A DNA stretch of 64,000 nt from Neoechinorhynchus agilis (GCA_051530055.1 CM121342.1:10803480-10867479), one strand, 5' to 3'; counted from the first letter of the stretch, positions 11,741 through 24,328 are shown. The notes: generated by a model from the sequence alone, not told the origin. Numbers and translations are program-made.

Positions 11741-12479
11741 CACTGAGAAATATACCCTTCGGAATATGAACAGCGAGGTCTTATTCACTCAAGAAAGAGC
11801 GCAAACGAATACTAATAAAAAAGAATTATATAATCGCTTGTGTATCGAATCTCGTTTGTTTCGGTATCGTTAAACGCGGCACAAGTAAAGATTTGATGTC
11901 ATCAATAACAAAAAAAGCTCATTTGAATCATTCCAAGTTTGTTACTTGCGTGGTTGCGAACACTATTTTGGATCCTGTTTAAGAAATGGCTTGATTGCTG
12001 TACAATAAATCGCTTCACTAGGGTCCTTAAAGTTTGATTTGTTATCGCCGGTTTCAGAGCTAAGATAATTAAAAAAATTCAGAGTTCAATTCAGCAACAA
12101 TTTCACGATTTAATCAAATCGTATTTATTACTAAACCTAAAGTGCAGTTCGGTACAAAATTACATATTTCGTTACCAAGGAGGCAAGGAAACTCTTTGTA
12201 ATGCAAAGTGTTTTTTACAGCGTATAATTTGCCTTGTCCTTCACAAACATCAACAATATATTTAAGAGCATTTTCGGTCGAAAAGATTATCGGTTCATTT
12301 TTTTAAATTTTTCAATAATCGCTGTACATAAAATAGTTAAAAAATTAAAGATTATGTGAGTCTCTCAACCCTATTGAATACTATTAGAGTTATCCTACAA
12401 TTTACCGTCGGTTAAATTATAATATTAATCACAAATTTTATTGTTCAAATTATAGAAACCATGTAATTGAGTAGTTTTG

Positions 12480-12990
12480 AAAAAGGAGCAGAGGTACAGG
12501 AAGGATGAAATGAATTGGGATTGCGAGTAATCAAATGTAGTAAAAATTGTGGTAGACGAGTTGTGAGGCATTTTGATTGTTTTGATGAAAATCTTATAAA
12601 GGCATTCCTTGAGTGGGGGAAAATCACCGGTGCAAGTTTTAGAGGCCTTTCCATGAAACGTTTCAAGGCGACGGATTTGTGATTTGGACAAGTTGCAAAG
12701 GACGGGATAGCCGTAGGTGGGGGAGGGTAAAATAAAGCTGCATTAAAATTTGGAGAGATCGGGACTGTCGGGGTTTCGCAGAGAATCTATGGGCGATAAA
12801 GAGTACTGCAGTGATTGTCTGCACATAACAGTTGTTGGGGGAAGCAAAAGCAGAATACAAATCGGGGAAAATGGAGTTAAGTGATACGAAGAATTATGGT
12901 GTGGATCAGCGGCGAAAGGATCTGTAACAGGGTATTCAGGAATACCGGTGATAAAAATGATGTGATTTATGTCCTCGACGAAGAAGTGCA
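12480..12990 (-). mobile_element. Degenerate LINE RT C-terminal fragment; 12503-12761 repeated at 24560-24820
   Basis: SFILPSPTYGYPVLCNLSKSQIRRLETFHGKA resembles the post-RT FILP..Y...W...K....LE motif of non-LTR RTs; the second copy in the window is near-identical. Confidence 0.6.
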
Positions 12991-13235
12991 TGATACGATG
13001 GGCCGAATATAGAGCAACGAGGGATGATGGCTGGGTGGAGAAGGCGTATCATTACCGAGATGAATAGCAGGGTTTATTAATTGTGATGGTATCGAGGTCG
13101 ACCTCATATCATGCTTCTTCGACTTTTTATTCAACCGTAGTTTTCTTAGTAGTTACCGTAGGTGAACCGCTTTCGCTTTGCTGAGACCGAGATTACCATC
13201 TCATCACTACTAAGGACGTTGATCCTTTAGTTAAA

Positions 13236-14342
13236 ATGGAATTTTCTAGAATCCTAAACATTGTGAGGCATCTTAGTCCAATGTTTAGACGCTGTAACGA
13301 GAAGATGGCATATCTCACATTGTGTTGCGAATTACAAGCTTTGCTGTCTAGGGATTCCGCACCTCAAGTCACCTGTCCTCCCCCTAACGGACAGTCTGGT
13401 CTAACGGGTAATATATGCCGTTTTTGTGTGTAGCAGCCCTTCGAAATCATATGGATACGGATGTCGGTTTTCGAATTGTTTCAATCAATGGCTGCTAATT
13501 CGATTAGTTGGAGTGAGGGTGCTGTAGTTCACGATCTTCTCTTTGCCGGAAATGTTGCTTCTTTGATGGAGAAATGGTTTCCAGATCCTGTCGAGCAACA
13601 TTTCAAGTTATCATGTTTCGTTGAGGAGATCTATGCCAAAAATTCTGGTGGTGAGGTGAATTACTTCCCCCTACTCAACTCTTTTGTTTAACAACCTGAT
13701 AAGGAAGTGATTCTAATAACGGTTATTTTGGACGAGAGTGCTAAGGTCGTTCAAAGATTTGCTTATTAACAATCCAATAGCGCAGGATATGACGACTTAG
13801 TTCTATCGATTCAAAACGGACCTCCTACAGATGAACCTACAGATCAAATGCCGTTTCAGGAGGAAATGTTTTCGTATATAACGGCGAAGACTAACTCGCT
13901 GGAACAACAAATGATTGGGAGGTTGAGTGTTCCTTTCTCCTCTGGTGTACAGTTCAGATGGACTTATGATGCAGGCACCTATTTCTTTCCTTTGATCCAG
14001 CTTGGTTGAAAATCGTCTTGTCTGGATATGTCTTTCATCGAGAATGTAATTTCCATCGATTGGAAGAAGCACCGCTTTTCGAATGACGGTTCGCAGGATT
14101 TGTTTGCCAGCCTTATGAGATTTAAGGAAAAACATGACTTTGCATCTGAATTTCCCCTCAAACGTCAGTTTATCGGCATCATCGATTTCTGGAGAAAGCT
14201 TAGAGACCCAGAAGGTTTAGTAATAACTCGAATCATTGAATGTGATACCCGAAATATCAAGGGAGCTTTTGATGAATTCTTGAAATTGTTGAAGATAAAG
14301 GTTGTCTATGAAGTGGATTTTAAGGGTTCCAGTGAAATATGA
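13236..14342 (+). pseudogene. Decayed single-frame ORF of unknown origin (~369 codons, 4 internal stops)
   Basis: Track ORFs 13236-13433, 13461-13691 and 14028-14342 share one frame; the gap between the last two reads through with only two further stops. Confidence 0.55.
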
Positions 14343-15298
14343 TATCGAGGAGATACGGTGGATGTCGTACTTAACGGAACGTAACCATGGCCCGAGAAAA
14401 CGACGATGCAATATATCCCTGGGTATAATTTGATTTGATCACAAAACAGTGCGACCAACGCTTCTTGGGAACATCGAGAAAATAATTAGCATCACATTAA
14501 TCGGATTATTTGTTATCAACTTCCATAGGTTCTAAAGCAACTTCTCTTCGGTCGTCCAAATTATCTAGAAGCTAAAGAATTGATCGGATTGTATTAAGAG
14601 CACGAATATGCTCTTTAAGCTCCAGGCTTACAGGGAGCTTTAAGACATTAGGTGGCCATTTGCCATCCTCAGCCGCAACGATAGATCATGAAAACATTGT
14701 CCTGCATCGATAAGAGTCGAATACTTAGCAGAGTACCGTTCACTATTTATTAAATGGCCTTTAAGTTTAGTCGACGACGAGAGAGATCGCTCTGCGTCGC
14801 CTGTTCAATTCATTTACTCTTCTGTACAGCAACCTTGAAAAGATTAATCTTCTGAAATACATGCCTTCTTGATTTTTCGAACACATCCTCCGGTTCTATT
14901 ATTTTCCTCATATACCACATGATTGTTCGTTCAAATCTTCCAAAATTCAAATCACTGCCAATGCTAAATAGATAATGACGTTTTATTAGGTTCCCTGAAC
15001 TGAATCGGCTATTATTGAGTGGGCTACTTATGCAAACAGCTTTTCAAATACTTGACCGATTAATGGCGATTTTATGCTTTAAGCATTGCTTTATTAGTTT
15101 GTCAACGTTATCGCTCTATTTTACCATCAAGGAGCAAATCAAATAATCGAGCGTAAAAGGAAAATTTTATTTCAAGGTACAAAAAAACCGATTCGTTTAA
15201 ATTTACCATTTTCGTCTAAGTCGTGAATTGTTATTGTGACTCAAAACATAAATATAAATCATTTATTAACGACAAATATCCACAACTCTGCAGATTGC

Positions 15299-17839
15299 TT
15301 AAAGATAATATAAAAGATCATGCAAACGTTGGTGCGGCTCTCTTTTAAAACAGGTTCCTGCCATGTATGCCAGTTTGTGGGCGTATTGGCACATTGCTGG
15401 CACTCTGATCGCTCCTGACCAATTGAAATACATATGGCACAGTTTATAGGAAAATTGCTGAACCTCGTCCATCGAGAACTTGTTTTTATCTGCCAAGATG
15501 TTGAAGTGACTCGGCGTGGCTGAACCTTGAGTAACTTGCTGTGGCACAAGATAAAAATCCCTCCATCGTTCCATTGTCAAAATTCTGTCCACAACAAGAC
15601 CACCATCGGGATTAGCTATAGGTTTGTTTGAGCTGCCCAATGTAAAGAATCGGGAATTGATTCGCTTCTTAACCACAATGTACGTGAGCTTTGGTCTCGG
15701 TGCTTCGTCTTCATTTGATCCAACGACCATACTCATCGCCATGAGGATTTGTTGACACTCACTCATCCCAATGTAACCGAGCTGGCCGTCACCAATTCCG
15801 TCGCGGTAAACAACAATGGATGTTGGAACTCTGTTGCCATTGTGATTTTTGTACCGGTTAATCGCTTCCGCTAAGCACATCGTCAGACAAGTCACCAATT
15901 CTTGTCCCGGAGATTGAGTGAAACATCGAGAGTAACATTTTGAAAAAGTCGAATTTAAAGAACAAACTACGGCTGAAATTGAAGTCATTTTGGAATGATA
16001 GCAGTCGATACCAATCACCATCGCCTCTCTAAATGACTCCCCGAATCCACCAGATACAGACCACGGTTCACTTCCCGTTTTACATCCGATCTGAATTCCA
16101 ATCTTTGCCATGATTGGCATTTTGCACGCCAGGAAGTTCTTCTCTTTGATGAATTGACTAGGAACTCCGTATCCCATCGATAAACAACCCTTCATAGTTG
16201 TATAAAAGCCGGTGCTGCAGTAGTTGCTCATCAAAATAACAACCATTTCGGCTCTATCAACGTCATTTTCTTCTAAGACTCGCTGAACAGCAGCGATAAC
16301 ATTCTGTCCTCTTGTCGGATAAGTTCTCACTCGTGGCTCGTCAGGAAAAATACGAAGAGTCCTCATTACTGAGTTCAGCGATGAGAGGAAATTGTCTACT
16401 CGGATACCTTCCGGTACGAGAATCAACCATCGTTTCAATGGTTCCGGACGGAAAAGCGATTTTTGCCCCATATCACGCCACGTAAACCGAACACATCCAC
16501 GAGGATCTCCAGGCTGTGGTTCGTTCAAATATCGTGCTTCAACTATCTCTGGATCTCTTGATATTTTCAAAGGAAAGTGGCGTGAAGTGTCCACCGTGGT
16601 CAGTCTTTGTAATACATTTCTAATGTATTGCATTCTAAATTGAGGAATCGTCTCCCGGCAAACGACTCTCATCATTCTCGATCTTTCAACTGGGCTAACC
16701 CGATCCAGTCCTGCTATTTGACAGAATTCAGGAATAAGATGAATCTCCTTCTTGTTCCCATCTTTGTCCTTTACCCTTGCTGTAAGTAATGGAAGGCGCG
16801 GGTTATGTATTTGTAGGTGATATCGTTCTCGATAATAATCAATAAAGTTAATTTGCCGATTATCGTCTGCAGTGAATCTGCATGTGGAGTCACAATTAAA
16901 ATCAACGTCCGTTATACGATAAAATCGATTGTTGTAAGAAGTCATGACCGAAGATCCAACTACTTCGTCGATAAGATGTTTACGTCCATAATTTGATCCA
17001 AGCTCGAGGCGATTCATTATTGCCGATACCATGTTCTTATTTACTATTTTGTTAATCCTGTCAATACAAAGCATCAAGCGTCCGCCTTTTCGAGGCAAAA
17101 TCGATGCTTTTATTCCTGGGAATATCTGGAAACCTTCTATTTCTCTACGTCCATCTGAAGACATGTCAAACATATTCCGCTGGATCGTCTTGAAACCGAC
17201 TTCGTTCAATCGTCCTCGAAGGATGAGACCGAGTATTGCAATAAACGGCTCAGTTCCAGGTACCGTTTCGCCAGTTGCCTCAAGCTTTACTTTGTATCTT
17301 ACATTTCGAAACTGGATGTCCGAATATTCAAGGATTTCAGGTTTATGAGCCAAGTGGATTGATTGACCGGTAAAACTAAAGACTTGGTTATTCCAGTTTG
17401 TTCTTGATACAATCTTAAGAACCTTGCTTTTGACCATCTTTGATTCACATGGTGGTTCGATCTCAACAGCGAAATTAAAAATCTTGTAATGCGGAACGCT
17501 GTCAACTTTAAAGTAGTTGCTTACAACCCGCGTCTTTGATCCACTTGTTCCATAATCTTGGATCCGCTCATCGTCTACAACAGATAAGACTTCATTGATC
17601 TCAGATGCCAATATTAGTCGCTGCCTTCGGTTGTGCCCGCCATTCCCAGTTGATTGTAGGGGTTGGTTTCCTTCGTCGGACCGTTCATTTAAATTTATTC
17701 TCGCAAAGTCAATATCTCGAGCTGACCTTACATTGTTTCTCCTTGGACCAAAACCACTGGGCCTTCTCTCACGCCCTCGTCTATTGTTTGGACGTTCGCT
17801 AGGAGGTCCTCTATAACAGTTACGTCCACGATATGCCAT
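15299..17839 (-). CDS. piwi: PIWI-clade Argonaute, 846 aa, intronless (copy 2)
   Basis: Same ORF as copy 1 except K>R (NVRYK) and D>E (FREAM); DEDH residues intact. Confidence 0.97.
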   Translation of the reverse strand: MAYRGRNCYRGPPSERPNNRRGRERRPSGFGPRRNNVRSARDIDFARINLNERSDEGNQPLQSTGNGGHNRRQRLILASEINEVLSVVDDERIQDYGTSGSKTRVVSNYFKVDSVPHYKIFNFAVEIEPPCESKMVKSKVLKIVSRTNWNNQVFSFTGQSIHLAHKPEILEYSDIQFRNVRYKVKLEATGETVPGTEPFIAILGLILRGRLNEVGFKTIQRNMFDMSSDGRREIEGFQIFPGIKASILPRKGGRLMLCIDRINKIVNKNMVSAIMNRLELGSNYGRKHLIDEVVGSSVMTSYNNRFYRITDVDFNCDSTCRFTADDNRQINFIDYYRERYHLQIHNPRLPLLTARVKDKDGNKKEIHLIPEFCQIAGLDRVSPVERSRMMRVVCRETIPQFRMQYIRNVLQRLTTVDTSRHFPLKISRDPEIVEARYLNEPQPGDPRGCVRFTWRDMGQKSLFRPEPLKRWLILVPEGIRVDNFLSSLNSVMRTLRIFPDEPRVRTYPTRGQNVIAAVQRVLEENDVDRAEMVVILMSNYCSTGFYTTMKGCLSMGYGVPSQFIKEKNFLACKMPIMAKIGIQIGCKTGSEPWSVSGGFGESFREAMVIGIDCYHSKMTSISAVVCSLNSTFSKCYSRCFTQSPGQELVTCLTMCLAEAINRYKNHNGNRVPTSIVVYRDGIGDGQLGYIGMSECQQILMAMSMVVGSNEDEAPRPKLTYIVVKKRINSRFFTLGSSNKPIANPDGGLVVDRILTMERWRDFYLVPQQVTQGSATPSHFNILADKNKFSMDEVQQFSYKLCHMYFNWSGAIRVPAMCQYAHKLAYMAGTCFKREPHQRLHDLLYYL

Positions 17840-18750
17840 CTAAAAGTTTAACAAGAAATGAGAAACTCTTTTAGTCAATAAATTTCCGGCTCATTTCGAA
17901 ATATAACTGTAACAATTTCGGTGTGGATGTTCAAAAGCCAAATAAAATAATCTATTGGTCTCAATTGTAGTGATTATTCAAGTTTCCGCTTCGATTAAAA
18001 GGTAAAAATGTTAAATTGCCACTTCAAAAATATTTCTTAATCGTAGGTGAAAACTAATCCATTTTATCTGCTTTAAAAATAGCGAGGACTGAAGATATTG
18101 TACAGAAGCTTTTAAGAGTATTCTATTACAACGGACGGCAAAAGTGAGATTTGATTAAAACTTTTATCGTGATATCCTACTAAGAATGAATTATTGGACG
18201 GATGCATAGATACCGACGGCAATGGAAGGAAATCCAGCACAAAAAAGATTTTAAGATTAATCTACATTTCATCTTTTAGGCGTTATTCATCGCAGCGTTA
18301 TTTAGAAGAGAATTTTCATTGACCGCAATCTAAATTATTGTATGCGATTTACGAAGTTTTTCTTGTACGAAAAGCGCTTGAGGAATGTAAATCCTAACGC
18401 GTAAAAGATTCAAACAGGAACATAAAAACCTTTTTTTAAGGACGTATAGAATCCGCTTTTAGAATCCAAAATGTATTGCCTTACAAAAAAGGTGATCTGA
18501 TTAATCTGGAGCAATTTTCTTGCAAAGCTACCTATAAATATTTCCGAGAATGGGTACTGTGCTTTTGGGAATATTGATTGTTGTCGGTGTTACCTCAAGA
18601 ATGCATAATAATTTGGGCCGAAAAAAGATTATTGCGGACGAGATGAAAGGTTGATCGACTACCTTCATATGGTTTATTATTGTTGCATTTATCGGCTTAA
18701 CGAATGCTCAAGACAAAAGTTACTTTGTTTCGAAATAACGTCAACTTTCT

Positions 18751-19036
18751 AAAGAGTGATTATTACAAATGTGTACGATCTTAAAGGAAAACACACGAGA
18801 ATACGAAAAGTAAGAATATTGATAGATATTTTTTCCATACAACACACAGTCCACCGATTTCGGTCTGGGAAGCGCTGGTCTGCGCTCACTGCCCCAAGGC
18901 CGTACGGTTATAAGTTTGTAAGAATCCCTACGGATCCTCAGATACCTCCAGGAGGCGGGACTCATCAGTGAGTTTTCTCCCTTCAGCAGTATTTCGTCTC
19001 AAAAGACTACCGGCTGAGCCACATATAAAAATTCTA
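18751..19036 (-). mobile_element. 5'-truncated copy of the ribozyme-bearing SINE family, flanked by 36-bp direct repeats
   Basis: Body matches 24900-25170 and 59390-59650; aaaagttactttgtttcgaaat(a/t)acgtcaactttct occurs at 18715-18750 and 19037-19072 but only once in duplication copy 1. Confidence 0.75.
18937..19000 (-). ncRNA. Candidate non-circularly permuted hammerhead ribozyme (copy A)
   Basis: GAGAC GAAA UACUG ... CUCA CUGAUGA GUCCC ... GGUAU C UGAG. Confidence 0.65.
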
Positions 19037-19379
19037 AAAAGTTACTTTGTTTCGAAATTACGTCAACTTTCTCGCCTTTGTGTATCTTGTTGATTAAGAA
19101 GCGATGGATTGATATAAAAATAATATTTGACAGCAAAAATTGTGGCTAAAAAGAATTTGCTAGAATTGCTATATTTGAGATCCTTTTTTAAAGGAAGTTT
19201 AATTCGTTTGTATCGCGTTTCTATCCATCCACATTTAATGCCGCCGAAAGATTGGCGTTGAGCATTTCTTTGATTTCCACATGAATGCTTCTTTTGTCGA
19301 GTAACTTCTTCAAGTCTCAATTTTTCCTTAATTCATGTTCACGTCAAGTATTAGGAAATATTACTGAACGGAAAATTTG

Positions 19380-19770
19380 AGAATAACGTATTGGAACCAA
19401 ACCACCTATGCCGCTCCGACGGAAAGCGTCCCGGTGGTATGACTATATTTCCATGGAAGGAAAATGTCTCATCTGGGACGCGACGTGTGTCGATTCGCTG
19501 GAGCCCTCCAACCAAAGTGATGCTTCGTCCATAACGGGAGGGGCAGCGGCCGAAAGGAGGAAGATGACAAAATACCTGGAGTCGAGCAAGTCTCACATCT
19601 TCCTTCCTTTCGGGGTGGAAACGAAAGGGGGTATTCGATGAGTCAGCTCTCAAATTCTGCGCCGAGCTGGGGAAACTCATGATTAAGGCCACAGGGGATC
19701 GCAATCAAAGGTCATACCTAATTAAAAAAATCAGCATGGCCATGCAATGAGGGAATACGGCCAGCGTCAG
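19380..19770 (+). mobile_element. CRE-like non-LTR retrotransposon REL-endonuclease fragment
   Basis: EPNHLCRSDGKRPGGMTIFPW (frameshift) GKCLIWDATCVDSL..AAERRKMTKY..FLPFGVET. Confidence 0.8.
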
Positions 19771-20920
19771 AGGCACGGCTCCCTCGTGTGGAGTCGAAAA
19801 ATGCAAAATTAACAACTGACGGTTCTTGCTACCAATCCATAAATTCGTTATTTTTCCTTCCTAACAAATTTTTGTCAGTAAACCAAAATTTGCCACTGTT
19901 TCATTAAAATTCTAAGGGTTACGAAGATCTTCATTTATTTCCCATTGCCAAAATAATCAAAATAAATTTAACATTATATGCTCTTAGAGCGAATAATTTA
20001 AGTAATTCGATTTAACCGGTTACGATTTTTGCAGGTTTCAATTATATATCTTATCTTGATAATCATCGGAAAAGAACAAAGATTTTTCAATAGTTCCATC
20101 ACAAAGAGGGTTACAAAATCATTGTTCGTCCTTTTCAATCGGATTTATAGCTCAGTTAAATCTCGGATCTATACCATCCAACAATATTTTGAGCTTTGAA
20201 TCTCACGAAAACTTTCAATTTTCGCCATTATGCCTTGTAGCTATTTTTGGAAATGAATAGTAAATTTGTTGAGAGACAAGTGAAATTTAGTAAATTCAGA
20301 TAGTAGGACAATTGTATAATTTAAAATGATTGGATTACTATTGTTTTATAGTGCCTTGGGTTGGTCATTGGTTGATCGGAAGGCCAGAGAGCTTGCTATT
20401 TAAAAAAATTGGCAGAAATCTTCGTTTTATTTCAAGGGAAATCTTTCTCTTTTCGAGAATGTATTTTCCACAACTACAATTCAGATACACTCGATTCCGC
20501 CGCTAGTTTATCGGCGACTAATCTGTCATAAAACATTAATTTCTTATCCTTGAGAGATTCCACTTCAGCTTCCTTTTTAAGCACCTTCGAAATGAGTACC
20601 TTGGTTTCCATTCGGATCTTGAACATCGATTCCATGATTCATTGTCCGATTGACTTATCGGAATTTCCAAGATCGTTAAAGTTTTGCTCATTATACTTCA
20701 TGGTTGATCGGACTCTAGAAACACTTTAAAGAATAGTGGTCGGCATTTGTTTCTCAAATGTTTAGAGATTGATTTTCACAAAAATCTCATTTTTTTTCTC
20801 CTAAAATTCTAATGAGATTTCGTTTAACCCGAATGCGCTCAAAATTTCCAATCAAACTTTAAAGCTAATTTAATAAGTTGAAACTCAGTCTAAATCTACG
20901 CTATTTATCTAGAGAACCTT

Positions 20921-21469
20921 TTAGCAACAGCAGCTTAAACGGCATTCGTCTTTGCAACAAGGTTCGCAGCAGCATTCGTCCTTGCAGCAGCATACAGAGC
21001 ACGGATTCGGCGGACATTGGTATCCGTATTGCTCGGCACACATCAATGGTCTTTCCGGGCAAGGGAACGGAGTCGCTGGAACGTACTCAATACTGCATGG
21101 AAGCACAGGAATTGGTCTCGGGCATGGTCTTGCCACTGGGCACGGTCTTCTCACTACGATTTTCCTTGGTGGCTTTGGTTTCACATATCCACATGGAATT
21201 GGGATTGGACAAGTCTGACTGGGAATCTCGATAACGCAACATTTGCTGTATTTTCTCTCTGGAGCGCATTCGAACGGAGGAGCCGGACATGGGCAAAGGC
21301 AGCAGGTATCCACCGGACACGGACATGGCTCACATGGACATTCCGGTGGGCATTCCATTGGACATTCCCGTGGATCGAAGCAACAAGACGTGGCTAATTT
21401 TCCGGATTTCGAACGAGCCGATGTTAAAGCAACAATTGCCAAGTAAAGAATAACTTGTAAAGGAGCCAT
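20921..21469 (-). CDS. Secreted Cys/Pro-rich protein (copy 2)
   Basis: Identical to 11192-11740 at the protein level except one C>R (FDPRECP). Confidence 0.8.
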   Translation of the reverse strand: MAPLQVILYLAIVALTSARSKSGKLATSCCFDPRECPMECPPECPCEPCPCPVDTCCLCPCPAPPFECAPERKYSKCCVIEIPSQTCPIPIPCGYVKPKPPRKIVVRRPCPVARPCPRPIPVLPCSIEYVPATPFPCPERPLMCAEQYGYQCPPNPCSVCCCKDECCCEPCCKDECRLSCCC

Positions 21470-23313
21470 CACTGAGAAATATACCCTTCGGAATATGAAC
21501 AGCGAGGTCTTATTCACTCAAGAAAGAGCGCAAACGAATACTAATAAAAAAGAATTATATAATCGCTTGTGTATCGAATCTCGTTTGTTTCGGTATCGTT
21601 AAACGCGGCACAAGTAAAGATTTGATGTCATCAATAACAAAAAAAGCTCATTTTAATTCCACGTTTGTTACTTGCGTGGTTGCGAACACTATTTTGGGGC
21701 CTGTTTAAGAAAACTTATTTGCAAAGATTAAACTATTCAGAACGTCTTCTATGCTTTGCGACTTACCGATTGCAGAATTTTTATCAAACTTCTTTTTTAA
21801 ATTTCATTCTTCAAGCTCTCCTCTTACATCTTAGAAGTCTGTTTAAGAATAATCTATCACTTCCAGAAGATCAGTCATGCGAAAAATGAAATATTTTTTC
21901 TTGAATCATTCAGTTCTAAATTCGAAACCTTAAACTGCCTTATGATGAGTGTCTGTAAACTAAAGTTATATTAACAGAAAATATTAATTCGCTTGCCGAT
22001 TGAGCGTAATCCGCTCTCAAAGTAATTCTTAACGGCAATTTGCTCGTCGCAAATTGGAAAAAAACCCGCCCGAATTGTAAGAGCAAATCATTATCCGAAC
22101 TGTGTAGTTTTTAAAGTGCGACGTTTGTAATCTTGCTAAAAACAGGTTCCGTATCCAAAAATGCCGAATCTGTATAAAAAACTTAAAATATCTTTACATT
22201 TAGAATAATCGTAATTGCGAAAATCGATTATTAGGTTATGAATTTAAGAGTTTGCTGATTGCTCTTACAAGCATCGATTCACAATTCCAAGGAAAGTCGC
22301 CAACGATCTTCATCGTTTTTTATTCACAAAACTTTTTAAAATCACACAGTAAATTTTAATCGTCCTTTTCTCCAGAACTAAAAAAGTTGCTTTACATTCA
22401 TCCGCCACTGACGACACAATTTTCCGAACTTTAAGATGCCGCAAATCTGCGTTATCGATATTTTTTATAGAACACAAGAAACGGAGTATAAATGCGACTT
22501 TAAGATGAACATTCAGTAAACGTTTATAATTTTCAAAAATTTCAATTGCCAGTAGTACTGTGGCATGAATTGTTCAAGTCTAAATTGTAGACTGATTTTT
22601 TTCACGATTAAGACCTGAGTAGAGTTATGTACGTTTAAATCAATTTATCGCTTTAACAAAATACTAGCCATTTTTCAGACTGTTCTTTGATGCTTTTATC
22701 CAATAGTTTAAAATTCGTCGTTTCTAATAAAATGCAAGGAGTAAATCTCAAAATTGGTGCTTTTTTTACCGAAGTGAATTGAATAAAGTGAGCTCAAAGA
22801 TCAACCTGACATTTTCGAATTAGATGCCCGATTGGTAAGATATAATAATATTTTTGTTGTTGAGTGGCGACAAAATTATGTAAATTTATTAAATCGATAT
22901 TTCGGCCCAATCCGGAGCCTCTATCAAGATTGTTAAATATTTTATTTGCACCGCCACTACACAACAATCATGAGTAGTTTCATTTTTCAATAAATAATAT
23001 TTTTATCATCTGCGGCTGCGGGCATTTTAGCGATTGGTGGGTTATTTTTTTTACTCGAATAAAGAGCATAATGACAATAAATGTGAAAGACGAAATGTAA
23101 ATAAGAATATTTTGTTAAATAAGCTCTAGATTAGTCTTGATTGTTTATTTTTCCTAAATTTAGCTTGTGTGATTCCATTTGTATTTTTGTTATGGAGTTA
23201 AGAAAGCGATTATTTTTCAACAGCGCTAATAAAGAAAATTGGTAGGTTTGTTGATTTTTTTACGATGAAAGATAGTAATATCTAAAGCACAAATATACAG
23301 AATTCCGAGCATA

Positions 23314-24328
23314 TTATCTTCGTCTTCTTTGTGCTCCTCCTCCTCCTCTTAAGACTTGATCTTCATTTAGAGCTCGTATTTCGGTGAGTACTTCATCGCG
23401 GACGTATATTTGAGTTTCTTTACAATAACATCGGACAGTTAGAGGGATTGGAAGTTTATCGATTCCTTCACTCGTGAGTTCACCTCTTATAAGCAATCTA
23501 CAAAGATATTTAAGAGACGGTGCTCGTCCTTGATATCGAGATAGGGGTCTGTATAGATAGACGGGTTGTAAAGGAAGGCCACGCCGTTCAACAGTTCGAC
23601 GACTCTCACGTACAATACTGTCCTGACTGGCTCTTATGTGTCGTTCCATGAACTTCACAATATCCGACGAGGTTGAAGATAGTGCACTATTGGTATTATT
23701 TCGGTTAAAAAAGCCAAATCGGCCTCCAGAATGGTCTAATGCGAATGGATATTGACTTTAAAAAAGAAAGAGCGAGGACCAGTCAAAATCGCCGATTCGC
23801 CGATCGTATTCTGTTGTGCCATACTCGTCCACGTGCTTTGAACGAAACTGTTAAAAAGTACATGGCATGGAAGCTGTCTCGGACTAAAAAAGTCCCGTCG
23901 GCTTCGGCTGATAGAACCCGTTCCACTGTGACCCAATCAACCGGCCCCCAGTACCAGCAAGCTCTCCGGAGTCGATGAAAACTTTCAAGCTGCTTCAACA
24001 ATGGAGAACTCTGCTGATCGGATCCATTAGAAGATTCGGTCGGCGATGAACGACCATCACGAATGCTTCCTATTGACATGAGTGCATTACGAACATTACG
24101 AACACGAGAATGCTCGCTGTAGCGTCTTGCTCTTTCGTAGGAACCCGCGTACGGAGACTCCAGCGATGATGGAACTCTATCTGGATGCAAAAAAAGAAAG
24201 AGAATATCTTGTGTTTTTGTGTCATACACGCACGCGATCCAATGTTCACACACAGAACAATTACACGAAACACCGAGGTTCAACACGATATCCTTCCGAT
24301 TTAATGGCCAAGGATCGATTCCTGCCAC
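23314..24328 (-). CDS. SOCS-family protein (SH2 + SOCS box); internal junction unresolved, may be a pseudogene
   Basis: WYWGPVDW..DGTFLVRDS..YFLTVSFK..WHNRI and DHSGGRFGF (SH2); APSLKYLCRLLIR..IDKLPIPLTVRCY (SOCS box). First in-frame ATG at 24079. Confidence 0.75.

Larger units (their letters stand above)
3827..11986. repeat. Segmental duplication copy 1 (PIWI + spacer + Cys-rich gene)
   Basis: Near-identical to 14813-21712, apart from private insertions and a non-homologous stretch at about 9375-10355; partly shared with 48922-54040. Confidence 0.9.
14813..21712. repeat. Segmental duplication copy 2 (PIWI + spacer + Cys-rich gene)
   Basis: Offset of ~10987 from copy 1 over PIWI; lacks the Penelope insertion and carries a 286-bp SINE-derived insertion and a CRE REL fragment. 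Confidence 0.9.

Noticed and set aside
21700-22480. Possible degenerate LRR-type gene on the minus strand (FPWNCES)
   Set aside because: A single weak motif with no consistent frame or splice model.
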